A stretch of 14,490 bases of DNA from IMG/VR virus record IMGVR_UViG_3300044638_009648, one strand, 5' to 3'. Source of the DNA: a virus (Duplodnaviria > Heunggongvirae > Uroviricota > Caudoviricetes). Of this stretch, positions 1-7,278 are shown piece after piece. A program made the position numbers and the translations under genes. The notes beneath the pieces are model-generated. The model was not told the DNA's origin, did no database searches, and was given only the letters and a program-made list of their open reading frames with translations. Within the stretch, counting starts at the first letter, position 1; each line of letters opens with the position of its first letter.

Positions 1-1628
1 CTACTGGAACTAGCGGTACTTCAGGAACATCAGGTACAAGAGGAACATCCGGTACAAGTGGTACATCAGGAACCTCAGGTACTTCTGGTACTTCAGGAAC
101 AACGGGTACTTCTGGTACTTCAGGAACAACGGGTACTTCAGGTACTTCAGGTTCGACTGGAACTTCGGGTACAAGAGGCACTTCCGGAACTTCGGGTACA
201 TCAGGTACTTCTGGCTCATCTGGTTTTGATGGCGCATCAGGAACAAGTGGTACTTCAGGTACAACCGGTACATCTGGTACTTCAGGTTCTTCTGGAACAA
301 GTGGTACTTCGGGTACATCAGGCACAAGAGGAACATCTGGTACTTCAGGTACTTCTGGTACTTCAGGTACTTCTGGTTCAACAGGAACCTCTGGTACTTC
401 AGGCACAACAGGAACCTCTGGTACTTCAGGCACAACTGGAACCTCTGGTACTTCAGGTACTTCTGGTTCGACTGGAACTTCGGGTACAAGTGGAACAACT
501 GGAACTAGCGGAACCTCAGGAACTACGGGTACATCTGGTACTTCAGGTTCTACTGGAACTAGCGGTACTTCGGGTACATCAGGTACAAGAGGAACTTCAG
601 GAACTAGTGGTACTTCAGGCACAACCGGTACATCAGGAACAACTGGAACTTCAGGTACTTCAGGTTCTACTGGAACAAGTGGTACTTCGGGTACATCAGG
701 TACAAGAGGAACTTCAGGAACTACGGGTACTTCTGGAACTTCAGGAACTACGGGTACATCTGGTACTTCAGGTTCTACTGGAACAAGTGGTACCTCGGGT
801 ACATCAGGTACAAGAGGAACTTCTGGTACTTCAGGAACATCTGGTTCTTCAGGGGTAGTTAACATTCTTGATAATTCTAACGACAGAATATTAACAGCAA
901 CTGGAAATCCAGCAGAAGCACAAGCTGAATCTAACTTCACCTTTAACGGCTCCCAAGGTAGAATAAGTTATTCTACAAGTGGAACCGGAGCATTTTTTGC
1001 TGTAATAAATTCAGGTGCGGGAGACGCTGCATATTTTGCTAATGCAGGTGGTGAAGAATATATCTTCGGTGTTGATAATAGTCTAGCATCAAATGCATTT
1101 GTTATTGGTCGTGGACAAGATTTAGCGACCGACCCAATGATGAGTTGGGAAAATGCATTGACCCGGAGTCTCCAAGACATGGGCTTCGAAGACCTATATT
1201 CAATCAATAATTTATTGAATTTGTCAATGACAGGTACTTTGGAAGGTAATGGTATTGCAAACCTATTCAACTTTGACCAAATTACTGCAAATTCAAAATC
1301 ATTTGATATTCCTCACCCAACTAAAAATGGTTGGAGATTGAGATATGGTAACCTGGAAGGACCTGAACACGGAGTTTATTATCGCGGAAAAACAACATGT
1401 AATGTAATTGAATTACCGGATTATTGGACTGGACTTGTTTACCAAGAAGGATGGACTGTACAACTTACACCAATTGGCGGTCCTTGTGTCCACTGGGTTG
1501 AAAAAATTGAAAACAATAAGGTTTATATCAATTGTCAGGATGGTGAACCAAATTGTTTCTACACAATTTTCGCAGAACGTAAAGATGTACCAGGTGTTCT
1601 TCTGGAATACAAACCAACACAAGAATGA
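1..1628 (+). CDS. 5'-partial collagen-like (Gly-Thr-Ser)n fibre protein, probable phage tail/surface fibre, with globular C-terminal domains
   Basis: I translated frame 3 (codons from nt 3) by hand. It is open from the window edge through the GTS repeat and on through GVVNILDNSNDRILTATGNPAEAQAESNFTFNG...GEEYIFGVDNSLASNAFVIG. It then runs in frame into the track's 1137..1628 ORF (KSFDIPHPTK..RLRYGNLEGPEHGVYYRG..IELPDYW), which ends at TGA 1626-1628. The ATG at 1137 is internal. Confidence 0.88.
   Translation, partial: TGTSGTSGTSGTRGTSGTSGTSGTSGTSGTSGTTGTSGTSGTTGTSGTSGSTGTSGTRGTSGTSGTSGTSGSSGFDGASGTSGTSGTTGTSGTSGSSGTSGTSGTSGTRGTSGTSGTSGTSGTSGSTGTSGTSGTTGTSGTSGTTGTSGTSGTSGSTGTSGTSGTTGTSGTSGTTGTSGTSGSTGTSGTSGTSGTRGTSGTSGTSGTTGTSGTTGTSGTSGSTGTSGTSGTSGTRGTSGTTGTSGTSGTTGTSGTSGSTGTSGTSGTSGTRGTSGTSGTSGSSGVVNILDNSNDRILTATGNPAEAQAESNFTFNGSQGRISYSTSGTGAFFAVINSGAGDAAYFANAGGEEYIFGVDNSLASNAFVIGRGQDLATDPMMSWENALTRSLQDMGFEDLYSINNLLNLSMTGTLEGNGIANLFNFDQITANSKSFDIPHPTKNGWRLRYGNLEGPEHGVYYRGKTTCNVIELPDYWTGLVYQEGWTVQLTPIGGPCVHWVEKIENNKVYINCQDGEPNCFYTIFAERKDVPGVLLEYKPTQE
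6..854 (+). repeat. Coding 9-nt periodic repeat encoding (Gly-X-Y)n, with X/Y mostly Thr/Ser
   Basis: A Gly codon occurs every 9 nt from 6 to 852 (95 positions) with no break in register. The triplets are GTS, GTT, GST, GSS, six GTR (AGA at 39, 174, 327, 588, 705, 813) and one GFD-GAS (222-239). Confidence 0.97.
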
Positions 1629-1632
1629 AAAT

Positions 1633-1663
1633 AAATGGGGGTCAGTGACCCCCATTTTTCTTT
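1633..1663 (+). terminator. Intrinsic (Rho-independent) terminator after the fibre gene
   Basis: There is a perfect 11-bp stem, AAATGGGGGTC (1633-1643) / GACCCCCATTT (1647-1657), with loop AGT. The 3' arm runs into TTTTTCTTT, and the stem starts 4 nt after the stop. The A-rich 5' flank could make it bidirectional. Confidence 0.85.
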
Positions 1664-1694
1664 ATATTACTTTCAGTTTTTATATCATTTAATA

Positions 1695-2600
1695 ATGAAT
1701 TGGATTGAATTATTTATATTTGAAATTGAAGGAAATAAATACAAAATAACGTATACCGGTACAGAACCAATTACGGTTAATATATCGACAAAACTAATTG
1801 GTATAAACGAAGTTGAATCAACAATCAGATTCAACTTCAAACAAAAAAACATGTGGTTTATTCCAAGTTTAGATTATAGAGGTTGTTCTTTCATTTCTTT
1901 CAGAAACCAACAGACTGGAGAATTTCTATTCGACAAGTTAATTGATAAAAATTTGTCAAATGGCGTGAAAGGTCAAAATCTTATTTGTCTAGGTTTAAAC
2001 AAAGCCGGAACGACTTCATTTAGTGTTGGCATGCAAAAATTAGGATTTAAAAAATTTCCTGAACCATATCAATTTCAATACATACAAACTGACACATATC
2101 ATGGTGATTTTGGTAAGTTATTTTCAATTCTAGAAAATCCAAAATACAATTTATTTAACGACAAACCCTTTTCATTTCCAAGAATTTATGAAAAAATTTA
2201 TTCGCAAAGACCGAATGATATTTATGTTTTGACTTTACGTAAAAATGCAAAAGTTTGGGCAAAAAGCGTAATAAAATTTTATGATTGTTTAAAGAATAAC
2301 GATTTCAGAATGGATAAATCTTATATTAACACCAAGTTTTCTGATGACAGTAGTCGTTATTTAATCAATTTTTTAGAACCCATGTTTGAATCTTGGAAGC
2401 TTGATTCTATGGAAAATTTAGAAGAAAAATTAGTAAAAATTTACGATAAACACATTGAAGATTGTGTATCTTTTTTTAAAGATAAAAAAAATTTCTACAT
2501 AGTTGAAATTGAAAAAAATGGGGAGCTGAAAAAATTTGCCACTTGGTTGGGTATCGAAACAACTGAACAAAATTTTCCCTGGGAAAATAAAAATACTTAA
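1695..2600 (+). CDS. Sulfotransferase family protein (P-loop-like, PAPS-dependent) with an extra ~90-aa N-terminal domain
   Basis: ICLGLNKAGTTSF (motif at about 1992-2018) matches the 5'-phosphosulfate-binding loop G-L-x-K/R-x-G-T-T-S. YVLTLRKNAKVWAKS resembles the 3'-phosphate-binding strand/helix. I moved the start from 1635 to ATG 1695 because 1635 lies inside the terminator stem. Confidence 0.8.
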   Translation: MNWIELFIFEIEGNKYKITYTGTEPITVNISTKLIGINEVESTIRFNFKQKNMWFIPSLDYRGCSFISFRNQQTGEFLFDKLIDKNLSNGVKGQNLICLGLNKAGTTSFSVGMQKLGFKKFPEPYQFQYIQTDTYHGDFGKLFSILENPKYNLFNDKPFSFPRIYEKIYSQRPNDIYVLTLRKNAKVWAKSVIKFYDCLKNNDFRMDKSYINTKFSDDSSRYLINFLEPMFESWKLDSMENLEEKLVKIYDKHIEDCVSFFKDKKNFYIVEIEKNGELKKFATWLGIETTEQNFPWENKNT

Positions 2601-2602
2601 GA

Positions 2603-3562
2603 TTAATTCAGTATTAATAAAATTTCACCAATTAATTTGGAGTTTGAATCAAAACTTTTGATAATAATTTCGTCTAACTTGTTTTGATTGTCAAAAAACA
2701 AGCAATAGACCAACTTGGCTTCCAGGTTTGCGAAGTTATAATATACAAGTAAATTACCATCCCTATCATACAGTTTGATTGTAGTTTCCTCTAAATTTTT
2801 CAATGGCGAAAAAGAAATTGAATTTTCTTGATAGCGCCAACCACCAATACTGCCACCAACAAAATAATATAAATCACTCATCAATTCAGCTCTTTTAGGC
2901 AATGGATAACCGGTAACGTGAACAATAAAATCTCCTATTTCCCAAACATTATTATTTGCATAAGGGTTACTAAAAATCATGTGAGGAGAATTTATTATCC
3001 AAAAACGATTTAATAGTTTTTCTTCGATTACATTACAATGCTCTTTGAATTTTTCTTTATTTATTGTTATTCGAGCTTGTCTTTGTTCGTAGTCAAAAGT
3101 GTTTAAAGGCATATTTTCGGGCCAATCCGGCGCATTCCATATATCTTGTAAAATTTCTTTTCCTATTTTGGTGTTCTGCACTATGAATTGACTTGTAATA
3201 ACAGTTTCCGTACCCTGAGGGTTGATAACCGGATTGTCAATTGCCTTTGTATTATGAGCAGGTACTATAAAAGAATATTTGTCATCTAAAAGCGATTCTA
3301 ATTTTACGGAAGGGTTCATTATTAGACAGTCCGCATCTAAAAAGAAAACCCATTTATAATTAGAATTTTGTAAAGTTTCTAAACTAACTTTAATTTTATG
3401 CCACTGTGCCCCTCTATCATTATCGACATTTTCTTGTTTATCTATAAGAAAACTATAACCATGTAATCGACAATAATTTTCAACGTTTTTTGTAGAAACA
3501 TCAGCAATAGCTTGATAATTTAAATCGTAAGAAAGGATTATACAAATTTCAGATGGATGCAT
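2603..3562 (-). CDS. GT-A glycosyltransferase, GT34-like (GMA12/MNN10 galactosyltransferase type), with a ~78-aa C-terminal extension
   Basis: The motifs NYCRLHGY, QWHKI, WVFFLDADCLIMN (DxD), YEQ and GDFIVHVTG occur in the order typical of the GT34/GMA12-MNN10 family. Confidence 0.75.
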   Translation of the reverse strand: MHPSEICIILSYDLNYQAIADVSTKNVENYCRLHGYSFLIDKQENVDNDRGAQWHKIKVSLETLQNSNYKWVFFLDADCLIMNPSVKLESLLDDKYSFIVPAHNTKAIDNPVINPQGTETVITSQFIVQNTKIGKEILQDIWNAPDWPENMPLNTFDYEQRQARITINKEKFKEHCNVIEEKLLNRFWIINSPHMIFSNPYANNNVWEIGDFIVHVTGYPLPKRAELMSDLYYFVGGSIGGWRYQENSISFSPLKNLEETTIKLYDRDGNLLVYYNFANLEAKLVYCLFFDNQNKLDEIIIKSFDSNSKLIGEILLILN

Positions 3563-3572
3563 TTCGTATGAT

Positions 3573-6500
3573 TTAATTGAGTAGGTATTCTATTTTATTA
3601 ATCACCATTTTTGCTGAAATGGACGTGTGACACTCGAATTGTCTTGGGGTTCCTTTATGTTCAGGACACCAATCCCAATCACCTTTGTCAAACGTAAATT
3701 GAGGTTTATTCCAGCAACCATTACAAACATTTGGGTTTGTAATTCTTGTGCAGTTGGATACAAATTCGTGGTCAGGAGCGGTAAAATTGGAAATCATTAC
3801 AACATGTTTGCCCATTCCCCAAGATAACCAAGACAAACCGCTTGATAGTCCAATAAAAAATTCACTATGGTGAATTACATTCATTGTGTTTTCTATCGAG
3901 GTATCCTTAATCTTAACAACACCATTAAATGGGTTGTCTTCTTTAGATACGTTAACAACCATATACCCTTTTGAGTTTAAAAAATTAGCTAATTCTTGCC
4001 ATGCTTCTCGGGTCCAAAATTTTAATCCTGCGGTAGAGTTTGTTGCGATTGTTACGTACTTTTTATTAAAAGGTCTCTTACCTATTTTGTAGTTGATTCT
4101 TGGTTGAATTTCTTTATGTTCTAAACCCAAAATATTTGAGGCACATTCCTGTAAAGATATTAAGTTAGGTTGGACTGGTTCCAAATCAGAATTATAAAAC
4201 CAACCTAATTTATACATTGCAATTAAATTATGTATTGTAGAACCCGGTTCTACAAACTGAAGTTCAGGATACACTGATTTGAATAATTTATTCCAAAATG
4301 TTGAAACAATAACCTTGCATTTATGTTTATTTTGAAATTCCAAAACATAAGGAATCCAAGCAACACTATCACCCAAAGATTTGCTATCAAAGGTTATTAA
4401 CACTCTTTGATTAGTTAAATCCAAAACTTTATCATAGATAAGTTTATTATCCTGGTAAATTTTTGTATTCCACTTTGTATAATATTCTCGATTTAATTTA
4501 ATCCAATGGTTAGATTTAAGGTTATTTCTATAATAACAAGAGCCATCTTCTTCGAAAATTTCAATTTTAAAATCACTATCAGAATCACCTAAAACTTCCA
4601 AAAAAGGTTGATTAACAAAGTGTTGAATTATTTTTACTTCAGTTTCTTGTTTTTCATTTTCAAAAACTGGTTGATTAATCATTTTAAGATATAAATTAGC
4701 ATGTTTGTTAGCAAAATCCTTAGATTGTCCCTCAGGTACTAAATAACAAACATCCTTTGAAACCAATTCAATAAGTTTGTTTTTTGTAAGTTCCAAATCT
4801 TCAGTAATTGGTGTGATATATTCATCAAACATTCCCATGTACTCTTTTAAGTTTCTGGCCAAAATCTTTTTTCCAAAAGAAATTGCTTCACGTAAAACAA
4901 GTGGGTTACACTCCCATGTTGAGTTAAACATGAATATATCGGCTGCTTGGATAAATAATGAAGCATCCTTACGTTCCCCCCATACTCTAACATTTGAAGG
5001 AACGTTTTTCATTAAAGGTCCCCAATATTCCTCAAAATTAACTGCTTGATTCCCTATGAAATGAAACTCATATTCTGGGTTTGTTTTTTCAAACAAACGA
5101 GCAATTTCTAAACCCTCCTTTTGATTTTTACCTGGTGTCCACAAACCGACATTAACAACATGAACTTTATCGGTGTCAAAACCAATAGCTTCTTGTATTC
5201 CCTTTTTAATTTCGTCCGGGGTAGATAAGGTATCAATCGGAAATTCAACAATTTCAGAATAAGAAGGCATTGTTGCAAACGAAACTTCTTTATGCCATGG
5301 ACTACAGAAAGCATAGGCATCAGGGTGAAATTGCTTAGACAATTGTGCATTGAATGATACGTTATGACAAGTTTCAATAATTCTCCAGGTACGGTTATTA
5401 TCATATAAAGCATTCATCAAAGCAACGGGTGTTTGATGAAACCCACTCAAAGCTTCGATATTATCATCGATGTGAACCAAGTCAATTTTATATTTTTTCA
5501 AAATATCAATTAACTCAAGTTTATTTTCACCTAAAGTAAAAAATCTTTTTTCAGAAATGATGTTTTTTAAGTGGTTTTTTTGAACAATATACTCATCACT
5601 GTAATTTGCATATTCCACAATAAAGATTTCAAACTCATTTCTAAATTCCTGAAGAGTTAAAATTCTTTTCAAAAGAAAACCAGGCATTCCACCTGTTGAA
5701 AGGTGGGGGGCCAGAAAAAGTATTCTTGGTTTATTCTTTTTGTTATTTTCCAAAAGTTCAAATATTTTATCAATTTCGTTTTGATTTTTAACACCATGAA
5801 AAACTTTAATGGTTTGTTTTTCTTTTGGTAATCTATAAAAATCTGAAACAAGCGTGTCATGGTCAGTTTCGTTTTCCAAAAAATGTTGAACCGTATCGGA
5901 AGAAACGGCATTGATATAAACCATGGGTAAAGCACAATCCTTGAATTTCCATTTAAGAACGTTAAAAATTGTTTCTTCATGTAAAGGTGCCTTTGCAAAC
6001 GAACTTGTTACCTTGGGAATAAGGTTCTTAACATCCCTCCATAGCTCAAGAAACGGTAAAACTTTATCAGTACCAACAAGAATATTAGTTGTGCAATAGA
6101 CGCCTCTCTGAGTTGGTTCCATATGAAAAAAATTCATCATAGGCCACTCTAAAGTTGCCGTCAAATCCAAAGAGCCGTCATTCTTCCAAAAAGGATTTCC
6201 ATCCAGGTGCCCATCCTGATATGTTATAAGAACATATTCATGGGGACCCTTTGTTGCCAATGGAATATTATCAACATCCGGGATGTAATCAAAAAGTTCA
6301 TCTACGTTTATATTCGCAATACTATCACTATCGATGTAAACCCATTCTTTTAAGCCGTCCTTAACTGATTGTATCATCACATCAATTTTAGCACTCAGGG
6401 TATAATAAACATTAATGCTATCCCGGTTTACATAGAAATTATTTGAATTAATAAATAAATCCTTTTCAGTTATCTGGGGAATGTTTAAATCTAACCTTTT

Positions 6501-6653
6501 ACAAATTGCATGCTCCTGCAAAGTTTCCGAAGCATCGTAATCAATAGTATAAACAGTTAACGGGTTGTTGGAATGTTTTTTTAAACTCTTTGCTAAATTT
6601 ATGGTGACGTTTTCATAATTTTGCGTTGTATGGGTAATAAAAGATTTTGACAT
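3573..6653 (-). CDS. Triple glycosyltransferase fusion: N-terminal GT-A (DxD) domain, GT4 (GT-B) domain and C-terminal Aah/TibC-like autotransporter heptosyltransferase domain
   Basis: The GT-A domain (about 6653-5742) has WVYIDSDS and HEETIFNVLKWK. The GT4 domain (about 5729-4671) has RILFLAPHLSTGGM, NVGLWTPGKNQ and ADIFMFNSTWECNPLVLREA. The heptosyltransferase-like domain (about 4640-3573) has RVLITFDSKSLGDSVAWIPY, STAGLKFW, FIGLSSGLSWLSW and CNGCWN..WCPEHKGTPRQFEC. I placed the start at ATG 6653, 1 nt after the upstream stop at 6655; the track's ATG at 6695 overlaps the upstream gene. Confidence 0.85.
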   Translation of the reverse strand: MSKSFITHTTQNYENVTINLAKSLKKHSNNPLTVYTIDYDASETLQEHAICKRLDLNIPQITEKDLFINSNNFYVNRDSINVYYTLSAKIDVMIQSVKDGLKEWVYIDSDSIANINVDELFDYIPDVDNIPLATKGPHEYVLITYQDGHLDGNPFWKNDGSLDLTATLEWPMMNFFHMEPTQRGVYCTTNILVGTDKVLPFLELWRDVKNLIPKVTSSFAKAPLHEETIFNVLKWKFKDCALPMVYINAVSSDTVQHFLENETDHDTLVSDFYRLPKEKQTIKVFHGVKNQNEIDKIFELLENNKKNKPRILFLAPHLSTGGMPGFLLKRILTLQEFRNEFEIFIVEYANYSDEYIVQKNHLKNIISEKRFFTLGENKLELIDILKKYKIDLVHIDDNIEALSGFHQTPVALMNALYDNNRTWRIIETCHNVSFNAQLSKQFHPDAYAFCSPWHKEVSFATMPSYSEIVEFPIDTLSTPDEIKKGIQEAIGFDTDKVHVVNVGLWTPGKNQKEGLEIARLFEKTNPEYEFHFIGNQAVNFEEYWGPLMKNVPSNVRVWGERKDASLFIQAADIFMFNSTWECNPLVLREAISFGKKILARNLKEYMGMFDEYITPITEDLELTKNKLIELVSKDVCYLVPEGQSKDFANKHANLYLKMINQPVFENEKQETEVKIIQHFVNQPFLEVLGDSDSDFKIEIFEEDGSCYYRNNLKSNHWIKLNREYYTKWNTKIYQDNKLIYDKVLDLTNQRVLITFDSKSLGDSVAWIPYVLEFQNKHKCKVIVSTFWNKLFKSVYPELQFVEPGSTIHNLIAMYKLGWFYNSDLEPVQPNLISLQECASNILGLEHKEIQPRINYKIGKRPFNKKYVTIATNSTAGLKFWTREAWQELANFLNSKGYMVVNVSKEDNPFNGVVKIKDTSIENTMNVIHHSEFFIGLSSGLSWLSWGMGKHVVMISNFTAPDHEFVSNCTRITNPNVCNGCWNKPQFTFDKGDWDWCPEHKGTPRQFECHTSISAKMVINKIEYLLN

Positions 6654-6654
6654 T

Positions 6655-7275
6655 TTAATATTTTTTTTTGAAATACCAAGTACCAAACCATTCACTAGTA
6701 AATCTTGGTGTATAATTGTTTTCTAAACAAAATTCATCCACAGCGGGATTAACCCCAAAAACTCCGGCATATTTTGTTCCTTCTGGATTAGAATCATCGT
6801 ACATCCAAATGTGTTTGTCTTTACCATTTTCGGCAAAGGGGGGGGTCTCCCAATTCATGTCAATATAATCATGACCCATTACCCACCCTCCGGGCTTTAC
6901 TTTAGGGTACCAACATTCAATATCTTCTTTCACAAAGTCGTAAGCGTGATTTGCGTCAATATAAATAAAATCCAAACTATTGTCCTGAAAAATTTCTGAA
7001 CCAATCTTGGATGTTGTTCTAATCATGATTGCCCTATTTTCATAACCTTTTATGTTTTTCATGCAATCTCCATATACTCCACCATCGAAATTTTTATGAT
7101 TTGATGCGTCAGTATACTCATCACCTAGTTCATCCCAGACATCAACCATATAAAGTTTCCCTGACCAAATGTCCATAATTTGTTTCGAAAATTCACCTTT
7201 AAATGTACCGATTTCAACACCAGTTTTTACGGTTGAATCTTCAAAAATCTTTTGAAATAATTCTATTCTATTCAT
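6655..7275 (-). CDS. Class I SAM-dependent methyltransferase (Methyltransf_24-like)
   Basis: It contains GVEIGTFKGEFS (motif I), MVDVW, LDFIYIDANHAYDFVKEDI and VKPGGWVMGHDY. This family is commonly found in glycan-modification clusters. Confidence 0.88.
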   Translation of the reverse strand: MNRIELFQKIFEDSTVKTGVEIGTFKGEFSKQIMDIWSGKLYMVDVWDELGDEYTDASNHKNFDGGVYGDCMKNIKGYENRAIMIRTTSKIGSEIFQDNSLDFIYIDANHAYDFVKEDIECWYPKVKPGGWVMGHDYIDMNWETPPFAENGKDKHIWMYDDSNPEGTKYAGVFGVNPAVDEFCLENNYTPRFTSEWFGTWYFKKKY

Positions 7276-7278
7276 ATT

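Noticed and set aside
10-498. 162-aa - strand ORF (KYQ/KYL repeats)
   Set aside because: It is the antisense shadow of the same repeat and has no independent coding signal.
58-858. 266-aa + strand ORF (LVLQ/EQ-rich)
   Set aside because: This is a shadow frame of the 9-nt GTS repeat, which lacks stops in that frame. It ends where the repeat ends, while frame 3 continues into a real domain.
1-860. Possible CRISPR array or non-coding tandem repeat
   Set aside because: There are no constant repeats with unique spacers. Variation is concentrated at third codon positions, as expected for coding DNA.
1137-1628. Stand-alone 163-aa gene starting at ATG 1137
   Set aside because: The frame is open upstream to the window edge, so this is the C-terminus of the fibre.
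968-1692. Short ORFs 968..1270 (-), 1408..1692 (+) and 1413..1655 (-)
   Set aside because: They overlap the fibre gene or terminator in other frames and have no recognisable motifs.
3627-5998. ORFs 3627..3827, 3886..4092, 4777..5049, 5108..5413, 5669..5998 (and 6811..6999)
   Set aside because: These are antisense or alternate-frame ORFs nested in well-supported enzyme genes.
6661-6669. T9 run (coding A9, Lys-Lys-Lys) at the end of the methyltransferase
   Set aside because: A/T runs of 7-9 nt are common in this AT-rich block, and this one sits at the extreme C-terminus. It is not convincing as a phase switch.
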